A stretch of DNA of 64,000 nucleotides from an uncultured Eubacteriales bacterium (GCA_934402395.1 CAKRTQ010000002.1:79372-143371), one strand, 5' to 3'; numbered from the stretch's first letter, positions 43,377 through 52,396 are shown. The notes: generated from the sequence alone by a model not told the origin. Program-made: numbers and translations.

Positions 43377-45899
43377 TCAGTTTACTTTGACCTTTGTGGT
43401 CAGCTTGGTAGCTTCCTTGTAAGGACGCACAAGCATCCAGATCATTCCGGCAAGCACTGCGATGGCAAAGATAAGACCGATGACGTTGACGTTTCCGGTG
43501 AAGAGTCCGCCGAACTGGTTGACCATGAGAGCGATGCAGTAAGCAAAGCCGCACTGATAACCGATAGCGAACCATGTCCACTTTGCGTTGTTCATCTCAC
43601 GCTTGATAGCACCGATAGCAGCGAAGCAAGGTGCGCAAAGAAGGTTGAATACAAGGAATGAATAACCGGTGATGCCGGAGAAGGCAGCCGCAATATTCTG
43701 GTAAACGGTTCCGTCGCCGCCTCCGTAGAGGATGCCGAGCGTACCGACTATATTTTCCTTAGCAACAAGTCCTGTAATGGATGCCACAGCCGCCTGCCAG
43801 TTGCCCCAGCCGAGAGGCTTGAAGATCCATGCCAGCACACCGCCGATGGCGGCAAGAATGGAGCTGTCGATCTCTTCATCGGAGAGCATTCTGAACGAGC
43901 CGTCAACTACTCCGAAGTAAGTGGTGAACCAGACAAGTATTGTCGAAAGGGTGATGATCGTACCGGCTTTCTTGATAAAGGACCAGCCGCGCTCCCACAT
44001 GGAACGGAGAACGTTGCTGAGGGTAGGCCAGTGGTAAGCGGGAAGCTCCATAACGAAGGGAGCAGGCTCGCCGGAGAACATCTTTGTCTTTTTCAGCATG
44101 ATACCGGATACGATAATCGCAGCCATACCGATGAAGTAAGCGGAGGTTGCTACCCACGCGGAACCGCCGAACAGTGCGCCGGCGATCATTCCAATGAACG
44201 GAACCTTAGCACCGCAGGGGATAAAGGTCGTGGTCATGATCGTCATACGGCGGTCACGCTCATTTTCGATGGTACGGGACGCCATGATACCGGGAACACC
44301 GCAACCGACACCGATGAGCATCGGGATAAAGGATTTACCGGAAAGACCGAACTTACGGAAGATACGGTCAAGAACGAATGCGATACGAGCCATGTAGCCG
44401 CAAGCCTCAAGGAATGCAAGCATCAGGAACAGAACGAGCATCTGGGGAACAAATCCGAGCACCGCGCCGACACCGGCAACGATACCGTCAAGGATAAGAC
44501 CGCTGAGCCATTCGGGGCAAACAGGATCGTCGCTGTCAACGCGGAGAGCGTTGCCGATCAGAGTGGGGATACCGGGGACCCATACGCCGAAGTCGGCAGG
44601 ATCGGGAGCGGCAAATTCCGCGTTTTTGGTTTCAAAGTATTCCTTGGCTTCAAGGAAGGACATCTGAACGACCGCATCATTATTCTTCTCGGATTCGGGA
44701 ACAGATGAATAGTAAACGGTCAGATCATTCTGAGCGAGCGTTTCCTCATCCTCAACGGTAACGGTACCCGTTGCGTTGTCGGATTCGGGTTTGAAGTTCT
44801 TTATGGCTTCAAGAGCAGCCGCAGCATCAAAATCTTCGGCTTCGGGATCCACTTCAACAAATCCGTTGATGGCGTTAAGTGCATCGCCGTATTCGCCGTC
44901 CGCCTCATTGAACTCGGCAGAGCCGATCCAGAGCAGATGCCAGCCGTCGCCGAACACACCGTCGTTTGCCCAGTCGGTAGCAGGCGCGCCGACAGCAACC
45001 ATTGCGATGTAATAGACAAGGAACATAACGACTACGAAAATCGGAAGTCCGAGCCACCGGTTGGTAACGACCTTGTCGATCTTGTCGGAGGTGGAGAGCT
45101 TACCAACGCTCTTCTTTTTATAGCAGGCTTTGATAATGGAAGCTATGTAAACGTAACGCTCGTTGGTGATGATGGACTCGGCGTCATCGTCAAGCTCATC
45201 CTCGGCTGCCTTGATATCCTTTTCGATATGAGCAAGCGTTTCGGGAGCTATTTTCAGCTTTTCAAGCACCTTGTCATCGCGCTCGAAGATCTTGATGGCG
45301 TACCATCTCTGCTGTTCCTCGGGCAGACCGTGAACTGCCGCTTCCTCGATATGAGCTATTGCGTGCTCAACGCTTCCGGAGAAGGTGTGCTGCGGAATGG
45401 TCTTGCCGTTCTTTGCGGCGTTGATGGCAGCCTCGGCAGCCTCCATAATGCCTGTGCCCTTCAGAGCCGAGATCTCAACGATCTTGCAGCCGAGCTGACG
45501 GGAAAGCTCATCGGTGTTGATCTTGTCGCCGTTTTTCTTTACGATATCCATCATGTTGATGGCAATAACGACCGGAATACCCAGCTCTGTGAGCTGTGTG
45601 GTGAGGTAAAGGTTACGCTCAAGGTTCGTGCCGTCGATGATATTGAGAATAGCATCGGGACGCTCGTTGATAAGGTAATTTCTCGCCACAACTTCCTCCA
45701 GTGTGTAAGGAGAAAGCGAATAAATACCGGGAAGGTCGGTCACGACAACGCCGTCATGCTTTTTGAGCTTGCCTTCCTTCTTCTCTACCGTAACTCCGGG
45801 CCAGTTACCTACGAACTGATTTGAGCCGGTAAGAGCATTGAACAATGTTGTTTTGCCGCTGTTGGGGTTACCCGCAAGGGCAATTCTTAATTCACTCAT
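43377..45899 (-). CDS. feoB: Ferrous iron transporter FeoB
   Basis: 840 aa. The N-terminal G-domain motif is GNPNSGKTTLFNALTG, followed by a polytopic membrane domain. Confidence 0.95.
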   Translation of the reverse strand: MSELRIALAGNPNSGKTTLFNALTGSNQFVGNWPGVTVEKKEGKLKKHDGVVVTDLPGIYSLSPYTLEEVVARNYLINERPDAILNIIDGTNLERNLYLTTQLTELGIPVVIAINMMDIVKKNGDKINTDELSRQLGCKIVEISALKGTGIMEAAEAAINAAKNGKTIPQHTFSGSVEHAIAHIEEAAVHGLPEEQQRWYAIKIFERDDKVLEKLKIAPETLAHIEKDIKAAEDELDDDAESIITNERYVYIASIIKACYKKKSVGKLSTSDKIDKVVTNRWLGLPIFVVVMFLVYYIAMVAVGAPATDWANDGVFGDGWHLLWIGSAEFNEADGEYGDALNAINGFVEVDPEAEDFDAAAALEAIKNFKPESDNATGTVTVEDEETLAQNDLTVYYSSVPESEKNNDAVVQMSFLEAKEYFETKNAEFAAPDPADFGVWVPGIPTLIGNALRVDSDDPVCPEWLSGLILDGIVAGVGAVLGFVPQMLVLFLMLAFLEACGYMARIAFVLDRIFRKFGLSGKSFIPMLIGVGCGVPGIMASRTIENERDRRMTIMTTTFIPCGAKVPFIGMIAGALFGGSAWVATSAYFIGMAAIIVSGIMLKKTKMFSGEPAPFVMELPAYHWPTLSNVLRSMWERGWSFIKKAGTIITLSTILVWFTTYFGVVDGSFRMLSDEEIDSSILAAIGGVLAWIFKPLGWGNWQAAVASITGLVAKENIVGTLGILYGGGDGTVYQNIAAAFSGITGYSFLVFNLLCAPCFAAIGAIKREMNNAKWTWFAIGYQCGFAYCIALMVNQFGGLFTGNVNVIGLIFAIAVLAGMIWMLVRPYKEATKLTTKVKVN

Positions 45900-45994
45900 G
45901 TCTTGATCCTTTCCTGAATACGGTCAGCGCAAGCTAACCGTTAGTCTTTGAATATTGGGGATCGGCGTCCCCGTGCATTATACCGGTAAGAAGA

Positions 45995-46216
45995 TCACTC
46001 AACCTCGATCATATCAGCGTCCGCCTTACGAAGCGAAAGCTCGTAGCCGCGCACGGTAACTTCTATCGGGTCACCGAGAGGTGCGACCTTGCGAACGTAA
46101 ACCTCGACACCCTTGGTAATGCCCATGTCCATGATACGGCGTTTGACCGCACCCTCGCCGTGAAGCTTTACGACTTTAACGGTATCTCCGATCTTTGCCT
46201 GCCTTAAGGTCTTCAT
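45995..46216 (-). CDS. feoA: FeoA-domain protein (copy 2)
   Basis: The start is trimmed to MKTLRQAKIGD, which has the SD aaggaggatacataggcATG. APLGDPIEVTVRGYELSLRKADADMIEV is the FeoA signature. Confidence 0.85.
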   Translation of the reverse strand: MKTLRQAKIGDTVKVVKLHGEGAVKRRIMDMGITKGVEVYVRKVAPLGDPIEVTVRGYELSLRKADADMIEVE

Positions 46217-46274
46217 GCCTATGTATCCTCCTTGATTTAATTGTTTTACTTTATTGTTCGGGCACACAGTGCCG

Positions 46275-46487
46275 TCAAACCATGATTTTTCTTGCCATCT
46301 CTTCGCTGATGGCAATGCGGGACTCCTTGACGTTTACTATCACATTTCCGCCGAGCGCGGTAATGACGGTAACGTTTCCGCCGACGACAAATCCGAGATT
46401 TTCAAGATGCTGCTTGACCTCGGCGTTGCCGCCTATTTTCTTGATCGTGTTTTCCTCGCCCACATCGGCAAGACTCAGTGGCATCAT
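46275..46487 (-). CDS. feoA: FeoA-domain protein (copy 1)
   Basis: The start is trimmed to MMPLSLADVGE, which has the SD acggagtttgaaaATG. FeoA-like SH3 fold pattern. Confidence 0.75.
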   Translation of the reverse strand: MMPLSLADVGEENTIKKIGGNAEVKQHLENLGFVVGGNVTVITALGGNVIVNVKESRIAISEEMARKIMV

Positions 46488-46513
46488 TTTCAAACTCCGT
46501 GCACAGTCCGCAA

Positions 46514-46527
46514 TTAGCATCTGCTAA
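46514..46527. promoter_or_regulatory. Palindrome TTAGC-atct-GCTAA (candidate metalloregulator operator 1, in the feo 5' UTR)
   Basis: Direct reading. It shares half-sites with the other two copies. Confidence 0.45.
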
Positions 46528-46545
46528 CCCAAGAACTTTATTATT

Positions 46546-46563
46546 GGTTAGCCCTCGCTAACC
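46546..46563. promoter_or_regulatory. Palindrome GGTTAGC-cctc-GCTAACC (candidate operator 2, immediately downstream of the feo -10)
   Basis: Perfect 7-bp arms. It lies 8 nt from the predicted -10 box. Confidence 0.55.
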
Positions 46564-46570
46564 GTGCATA

Positions 46571-46599
46571 ATGATACACCATACATCGCCGTTTGTCAA
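46571..46599 (-). promoter_or_regulatory. Predicted feo promoter (TTGACA-17-TATCAT)
   Basis: The reverse complement reads TTGACAaacggcgatgtatggtgTATCAT. Confidence 0.5.
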
Positions 46600-46654
46600 G
46601 TGTTTTTTCAAAAAAAACGCCGATTTTCGTCATTTTCGGCGCATTATACATCAA

Positions 46655-46670
46655 GTTAGCCCCAGCTAAC
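46655..46670. promoter_or_regulatory. Palindrome GTTAGC-ccca-GCTAAC (candidate operator 3, between the divergent promoters)
   Basis: Perfect 6-bp arms with the same half-sites and spacing as operator 2. Confidence 0.5.
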
Positions 46671-46751
46671 CTTTTGCTTTGGTCAAATTGCACACGAGTG
46701 AAGCCGGGCCGACTGCACGACCCGCCGAGGCGATTATTTTTAAATAAAGCA

Positions 46752-46780
46752 TTGACTGCACAGCGCGCATCTGTTATAAT
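46752..46780 (+). promoter_or_regulatory. Predicted promoter (TTGACT-17-TATAAT)
   Basis: TTGACT at 46752-46757 and TATAAT at 46775-46780, about 37 nt upstream of the ATG at 46818. Confidence 0.5.
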
Positions 46781-46817
46781 TAGGCTGTAAGAAAAAACCG
46801 AAAGGAATGTTGATAAA

Positions 46818-48713
46818 ATGAATCTTAGACCTCCGGCAATACCGCTTATAACGGTCGATCCGTATTTTTCCGTATGGTCGGTAAGCGACCGCCTGAACGA
46901 GGGCACCACACGCCACTGGACAGGCTCGCCGAACACAATCGAAGGCACTGTGACCGTAAACGGCAAGGAATATGTCTTTATGGGTGATGCGGGCAAGCGA
47001 GAAAAGATCCCGCAGACAGACTTTTCCTATGAGGCGCTGACCACAAGCTATGTTTTTAAAAACGATGAGATATCGCTCGGTCTGCGCTTTATGACCCCGC
47101 TGTTTGCCGATGATCTTGAGATAATGACACGCCCCGTCTCATATCTCGCGCTTTCCTGCACGACCGCCGATGGGTCGCCTGCCGAAATAAAGCTATCGGC
47201 ATCCGAAGAGCTTTGCCTCAATCTGCGCGGCGAAGGCACGGTCGCCGGCGAGACGGTCGCCTTCCGCGGAGGCAAAGCCGTAAAAATGGGCAATACCGAG
47301 CAGAAACCGCTCTGGCGCAGCGGAGACAACGTGCGCATCGACTGGGGATATTTCTATCTCGCCGCCAAGGGCGACGCCGATACATCGTTTATCGACGGCT
47401 CAGACGGCATGAAATACGCCGTGCTGAAAAAAACCGTGAAGTCGGGCGGTGATGCGCTTATAATGTTCGCATACGATGACACAGAAAGCATCGAATACTT
47501 CGGCAAGCGTCTGCGCTCCGTCTGGAACAGCAATGGCAAGACGATAGAAGAGGCTCTCGCCGATGCCGCCGAGGACTGGCTGAGGCTCCACAGTCTCGCA
47601 GTCGAGTTTTCAACGTGGCTGAGGATGGAAGCAGAAGCGGCGGGAGGCGAAAAATATGCCGATATGCTGTCGCTTGCCTGGAGACAGGCTATCGCCGCTC
47701 ACAAGGCAGTGCTTGACGAGAACGGCGAGCTACTGTTTATCTCAAAGGAATGCTTCTCAAACGGTTGCGCGGCTACCGTTGACGTCAGTTACCCTTCAAT
47801 GCCGATGTTCCTCATCTATAATCCGGAGCTTGTCATCGGAATGATGCGTCCGATATTCAGATATGCCGCATCCGACGACTGGCAGTATGACTTCGCGCCG
47901 CACGACGCGGGAAGATATCCGCTGCTCAACGGTCAGTTCTACGGCGGCGGCAACCTGCCCGATAAGCAGATGCCGGTCGAGGAATGCGGAAATATGCTCG
48001 TTATGGTGGCGGCAGCCTCCATTGCTCTCGGCAACGCCGACTTTGCTGCCGGGCACATAGATACTCTCAACACATGGGCTGAATATCTGATAAAATTCGG
48101 CAAGGACCCGGAAAATCAGCTCTGCACCGACGATTTTGCGGGACACCTGGCGCACAATTGCAACCTTTCCCTCAAGGCGATAAGCGCGCTCGAAGGACTG
48201 TCGGTGATCCACCGTATGCTCGGAAACGCCGAGCTTGAGAAAAAATATGACGCCGCTGCACGCGAGATAGCCTCCGACTGGTGCGGTCGCGCCGACAATG
48301 GAGACGGCAGCTTCCGCCTTGCCTACGACCGCCCCGGCACATACAGCATGAAGTACAACGCCGTGTGGGACAAGCTTTTCGGCAGCAATATCTTCCCGTC
48401 TTATGTGTTTGAAAGTGAGGTCGCGTCGAACTTCCGCCACTTCAACCCATACGGAATGCCGCTCGACAACCGCGCAAAATATACAAAAGCGGACTGGATA
48501 GTATGGACGGCAACGCTCTCACACGACCGAGAGACATTTGAACGGTACATCGAACCGCTGTGGCTCGCATATCACCTCACGCCCGACCGCGTGCCCATGA
48601 CAGACTGGTACGACACCATAACAACGATGCACTACCACTTCCAGCACCGTTCGGTCATCGGCGGACTTTTCATCAAGCTGCTTGAACACAAAGGTATAAT
48701 GAAGGTAAACTGA
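46818..48713 (+). CDS. Glutaminase-A-like (DUF4965/DUF1793-type) putative glycoside hydrolase
   Basis: 631 aa. The N-terminal LRPPAIPLITVDPYFSVWS...RHWTG is characteristic of this family, and the C-terminal half is alpha/alpha-barrel-like. No signal peptide. Confidence 0.55.
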   Translation: MNLRPPAIPLITVDPYFSVWSVSDRLNEGTTRHWTGSPNTIEGTVTVNGKEYVFMGDAGKREKIPQTDFSYEALTTSYVFKNDEISLGLRFMTPLFADDLEIMTRPVSYLALSCTTADGSPAEIKLSASEELCLNLRGEGTVAGETVAFRGGKAVKMGNTEQKPLWRSGDNVRIDWGYFYLAAKGDADTSFIDGSDGMKYAVLKKTVKSGGDALIMFAYDDTESIEYFGKRLRSVWNSNGKTIEEALADAAEDWLRLHSLAVEFSTWLRMEAEAAGGEKYADMLSLAWRQAIAAHKAVLDENGELLFISKECFSNGCAATVDVSYPSMPMFLIYNPELVIGMMRPIFRYAASDDWQYDFAPHDAGRYPLLNGQFYGGGNLPDKQMPVEECGNMLVMVAAASIALGNADFAAGHIDTLNTWAEYLIKFGKDPENQLCTDDFAGHLAHNCNLSLKAISALEGLSVIHRMLGNAELEKKYDAAAREIASDWCGRADNGDGSFRLAYDRPGTYSMKYNAVWDKLFGSNIFPSYVFESEVASNFRHFNPYGMPLDNRAKYTKADWIVWTATLSHDRETFERYIEPLWLAYHLTPDRVPMTDWYDTITTMHYHFQHRSVIGGLFIKLLEHKGIMKVN

Positions 48714-48716
48714 CCC

Positions 48717-49208
48717 GTGCGGACCGGAAAAATAAGCGCCGCCGACATTGGCGCGTGCTGCGATATCTATAATTATTACATACGTAACACCTGTTTTACG
48801 CTTGAAGAGGAAGAGGTAAGCCGCGACGAATTCGCCGCGCGTGTGGAAAGGATAAGCAGCACTTATCCATATATCGTGGCACGCAACGACGCGGGCGAAG
48901 TCACGGGATATGCCTATCTCGACACCTTCAACCCGCGAAGTGCATACCGCCGCACCGCCGATCTTTCGATATACGTGAGTCACAAACACCTGCACGAACA
49001 CATCGGAGGTATTCTGCTTGCCGCTATCGAAAAGGAAGCCGCGAAATACGGCATCACCACTCTCATTTCGATAATCACGAGCGAAAACGCCGGTTCCGTT
49101 GCGTTTCACGAAAAAAACGGCTTCGTCCGCGAAGGAACGATACATGACATTGCCGTAAAGTTCGGCAAAACGCTGAGCATAGACTATTACAGGAAACCGC
49201 TGCGATAA
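48717..49208 (+). CDS. GNAT acetyltransferase (phosphinothricin-acetyltransferase-like)
   Basis: 163 aa. GTG start 3 nt after the upstream stop. The pattern IYNYYI ... FTLEEE ... YVSHKH...GIGGILL resembles PAT/MddA-like GNATs. Confidence 0.7.
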   Translation: MRTGKISAADIGACCDIYNYYIRNTCFTLEEEEVSRDEFAARVERISSTYPYIVARNDAGEVTGYAYLDTFNPRSAYRRTADLSIYVSHKHLHEHIGGILLAAIEKEAAKYGITTLISIITSENAGSVAFHEKNGFVREGTIHDIAVKFGKTLSIDYYRKPLR

Positions 49209-49210
49209 TT

Positions 49211-49256
49211 AAAAAACATCGGCAGAGCCGCGCAGCGGCTCTGCCGATGTTTTTTT
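49211..49256. terminator. Bidirectional intrinsic terminator
   Basis: aaaaaa catcggcagagccgc gca gcggctctgccgatg ttttttt. Confidence 0.8.
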
Positions 49257-50082
49257 ATTTTTTCCCTTTGTTTCTCGGCTCTGGCGTTATATGCTGGAAT
49301 ATAACTGCCTGACCTACGCGGCTCGCCGAGGCATACTTTTCAGGCGTGTCTATAGTCCACAAAAAGAGCGGCGCGTGAAACAGCTTCGTGCATATACGAA
49401 CGGGCAGACTGTTCTGCCACTCTATATCGCTCGCAATGAAGTCGGGACGCGACAGGAAATTCAGAAGCATTGGCGTTGCGATGAGATTGACAAAGAAATT
49501 CCCCTTCTTGTTGTTACGGAAAAGATTCGTCGTGAGCTGACCGCGCACATATCTCGGGCGGTTCTTGCGGAACCAGTTCAGCAGCAATGGATTGAAGGAT
49601 TCGATGCAAAAATACCCATCGTATTCGTCAAGCATCGCCGCTGCCTTTTCGCAAAGCGAAATGTCGTAGCCCTTCAGCTCAATGAGGAGCGGCGTATCCT
49701 TGCCGATGCGCGTAAGAACATCGCAGAAGGTCGGAATGCGGTCACAGCTTCCGGCGATCCCCACCCAGCTCAGCTCGGATGCGGTAAGGTCACTTACCTT
49801 TTCGGGTCTGCCGCACAAACGCTCGAGCGTGTCATCGTGAAATACCATTATCTCACCGTCGGCGGAAAGCTGGATATCAAGCTCTATCCCGTACCCGGCG
49901 CGATCTGCCGCCATAAACGCAGGCATGGTGTTTTCGGCAATGTCCTCGTCCCACAGACCGCGGTGCGCATAATCTGTTTTGAGCGGCTCAAGTGAGGTCT
50001 TCGCCTCCTTGCGCGGCTTTATTGCAAGAAGATAAAGCCCCGCCAACACTATCAGAACTATAATTATTATCAGAAATGCCAT
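49255..50082 (-). CDS. Glycerophosphodiester phosphodiesterase-family protein with an N-terminal TM anchor
   Basis: 275 aa. AHRGLW ... ENTMPAF ... GIELDIQLSADGEIMVFHDDTLERL is the GDPD signature. Confidence 0.8.
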   Translation of the reverse strand: MAFLIIIIVLIVLAGLYLLAIKPRKEAKTSLEPLKTDYAHRGLWDEDIAENTMPAFMAADRAGYGIELDIQLSADGEIMVFHDDTLERLCGRPEKVSDLTASELSWVGIAGSCDRIPTFCDVLTRIGKDTPLLIELKGYDISLCEKAAAMLDEYDGYFCIESFNPLLLNWFRKNRPRYVRGQLTTNLFRNNKKGNFFVNLIATPMLLNFLSRPDFIASDIEWQNSLPVRICTKLFHAPLFLWTIDTPEKYASASRVGQAVIFQHITPEPRNKGKK

Positions 50083-51644
50083 CAGTCGTCACCCTCTCCG
50101 AGCGTTTCGAGCGCGCCCTTCTTTTCGGGCTTTGAATCACCGTGGCGGACAAAAGTCATGGTTATGAGTGCCAGAGCCACGCATACGGCTGCATACGGGA
50201 AGAGCGATCTCATGCCGAGCTTATCCATCATAAAGCCGGATGCAACAGGCGTGAGAGTCTGCGCCGCCATGCTTGCGGTGTAATAAAAGCCGGTGTATTT
50301 TCCGACATTGCCGCCGCGCGCCAGCTCAACGACCATCGGGAAGGAATTGACATTTATCGTTGCCCAGCCAATACCGGCGAGCGCGAATATGACCATCATC
50401 ACCGGCAACGGCGTACCGTTATCAAGGAATGCAGCGACAGTAAAGGCTGCGCCGAGCATGATGACACCCGCTATTATCGTTTTTTTGCGTCCGATCTTAG
50501 ATGCAACCGCGCCGACCGGAATATACGATATCAGTGCCGCGACATTGGCGACAAGGAGCGTACTGTTGTAGTCAAGGTTGAGCACGTTGCCGGCATAAAC
50601 TGAATATTTGCTTGTTACGGCATTGTAGCCGAAAAACCAGAACACGACCGAAGCAAGTATCAGCACAAGAGAGGTCATCTCACCGCGCGAGAGCTTCCCT
50701 GCTCCCGCCTCGTGCTTGGCATCAAGGTCGTTTTCGCTCTCGTCGATACCGAGCTTGCGGCTCTCATCTTCCATCGTCTTCACAAGTCGCGGCTCTTTGA
50801 CGGTCAGCATAAACGCACAGAGGCAGATAAGCATGATGCCGCCCACGATGCAGAAATATCCGGTGTAGCTCATGAACGTGTTGGCAGTCTTTCCCGTTTG
50901 CAGGATCATGCCGAGACCGAGCACAAGACTGCCGCCGATGGTCCCCATGAGATTGATTATGGCGTTTGCCTTTGAGCGGAGCGGCTTGGGTGTCACATCG
51001 GGCATAAGCGCCACAGCGGGCGTACGGAAAGTCGCCATGGATATCAGCAACACAAGCAGGATGGCTATAAAACCGACAAGAATGCCGACGTTCTTTGCCG
51101 TGATTTCGGTCTTTACATACGACTGCCTTGCCGGGACGACATAATTGGTGTAATCATTCGTTGCCTTTCCGGTCCCGGCGTCTGTGCTCGCTATCGCGGC
51201 AAACTCATCGCGCGTGAATTTGTCAGAAAGCGCGAACCTCTCTCCATCGGGAGTCACAAGATCGGCATCCTTTTTGGCATCGTATATCATGTACCTCGCG
51301 TCTGTATCGTCAAGCTTGCCGACATTTCCGATTTTTGAAAGCTGCGCGCCGGATACTGCCGAAAGCCCGATAAGCGCGATAACAGCCGCAACCGTACCGA
51401 AAAGGATAAAAGGAGTCCGCCTGCCGAGCTTTGAACGGCATTTGTCGGAAAGAACGCCGAACAGCGGCAGCATAAAGAGTGCCAGAATGTTGTCAAGTGC
51501 CATTATAAAGCCGGATACAGCCTGAGACATTCCGAAACGGTCGGTAAGGATCTTTGGGATTATGGTGTCATAGGCCTGCCAGAATGTACAAATGAGGAAA
51601 AAGGCAAAGCCCACGCACACCGTGCGTTTAACATTAAGCTTCAT
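50082..51644 (-). CDS. MFS transporter
   Basis: The start is trimmed to MKLNVKRTV. It has about 12 TM segments with a long central loop. The LSDKCRSKLGRRTPF-type loop-2/3 motif is present. Its stop overlaps the GDPD start (TGATG). Confidence 0.75.
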   Translation of the reverse strand: MKLNVKRTVCVGFAFFLICTFWQAYDTIIPKILTDRFGMSQAVSGFIMALDNILALFMLPLFGVLSDKCRSKLGRRTPFILFGTVAAVIALIGLSAVSGAQLSKIGNVGKLDDTDARYMIYDAKKDADLVTPDGERFALSDKFTRDEFAAIASTDAGTGKATNDYTNYVVPARQSYVKTEITAKNVGILVGFIAILLVLLISMATFRTPAVALMPDVTPKPLRSKANAIINLMGTIGGSLVLGLGMILQTGKTANTFMSYTGYFCIVGGIMLICLCAFMLTVKEPRLVKTMEDESRKLGIDESENDLDAKHEAGAGKLSRGEMTSLVLILASVVFWFFGYNAVTSKYSVYAGNVLNLDYNSTLLVANVAALISYIPVGAVASKIGRKKTIIAGVIMLGAAFTVAAFLDNGTPLPVMMVIFALAGIGWATINVNSFPMVVELARGGNVGKYTGFYYTASMAAQTLTPVASGFMMDKLGMRSLFPYAAVCVALALITMTFVRHGDSKPEKKGALETLGEGDD

Positions 51645-52206
51645 TGTTTTTGTTCCTTTTCTCAAGTATATATTTGACTTTGAGCACTGCCGCCTGTGTT
51701 TTGCCATCGGCAATATCGCCGCACGCTATCATATCGCAAAGCGAGTCGAGCGGTATACTCATAAGATCCAGAAATTCATCGTCATCAGGCGAAGCATTGC
51801 CGATACTGAGTCCCTCGGCGAGATACATATGTATCACCTCGTCAAGTATCGCAGGCGATGAATAAAAATCGCCTATAAACGTCAGCCGGTCGCACACGGC
51901 TCCCGTCTCTTCGCGAAGCTCGCGTCGCGCCGCATCGGCAAAATGCTCAGCCGAATGCTCGCCCGGCTCAAGCTTTCCGGCGGGTATCTCGGTAAGAACA
52001 CGCTCTTCCGGGTAACGGTACTGCCTCACAAGAAGAACTTCGTTTTTATCGGTAAGCGGCACAACGCAGACTGCGCCCGGATGCCTCACGACCTCGCGCA
52101 AAGCCAGTGCGCCGTCAGGCAGCCGGACCGTATCGCGCTCAACACGTATTATCTTTCCGTCATATATTTTTTCACCCGAAAGCTTTGTCTCTGTCATATC
52201 AGCCAA
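51634..52206 (-). CDS. NUDIX hydrolase (ADP-ribose pyrophosphatase-like)
   Basis: 190 aa. The NUDIX box is GKLEPGEHSAEHFADAARRELREETG, within a NudF-like N-terminal context. Confidence 0.8.
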   Translation of the reverse strand: MADMTETKLSGEKIYDGKIIRVERDTVRLPDGALALREVVRHPGAVCVVPLTDKNEVLLVRQYRYPEERVLTEIPAGKLEPGEHSAEHFADAARRELREETGAVCDRLTFIGDFYSSPAILDEVIHMYLAEGLSIGNASPDDDEFLDLMSIPLDSLCDMIACGDIADGKTQAAVLKVKYILEKRNKNNEA

Positions 52207-52396
52207 GACGATCCCTCATTTCACAAAAAAATCACACATTAAGTATACAGCAAAAACGGCGGTTTGTCAAAGAAAAATGTGCTTTTTTTCGCCGTATCGG
52301 ATAAAAAAGTTGCCCGTAAACATTTTTTTGCCTTCCGACTTGCAAAAAAAGCAATTTTGTGGTATGATATCGTCATAAACAGCAGCGAGGTCTACC

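Noticed and set aside
46617-46642. Hairpin cgccga...tcggcg flanked by A- and T-runs upstream of the feo promoter.
   Set aside because: It has only a 6-bp stem, and no gene reads into it from either side. It is probably incidental or a weak insulator.
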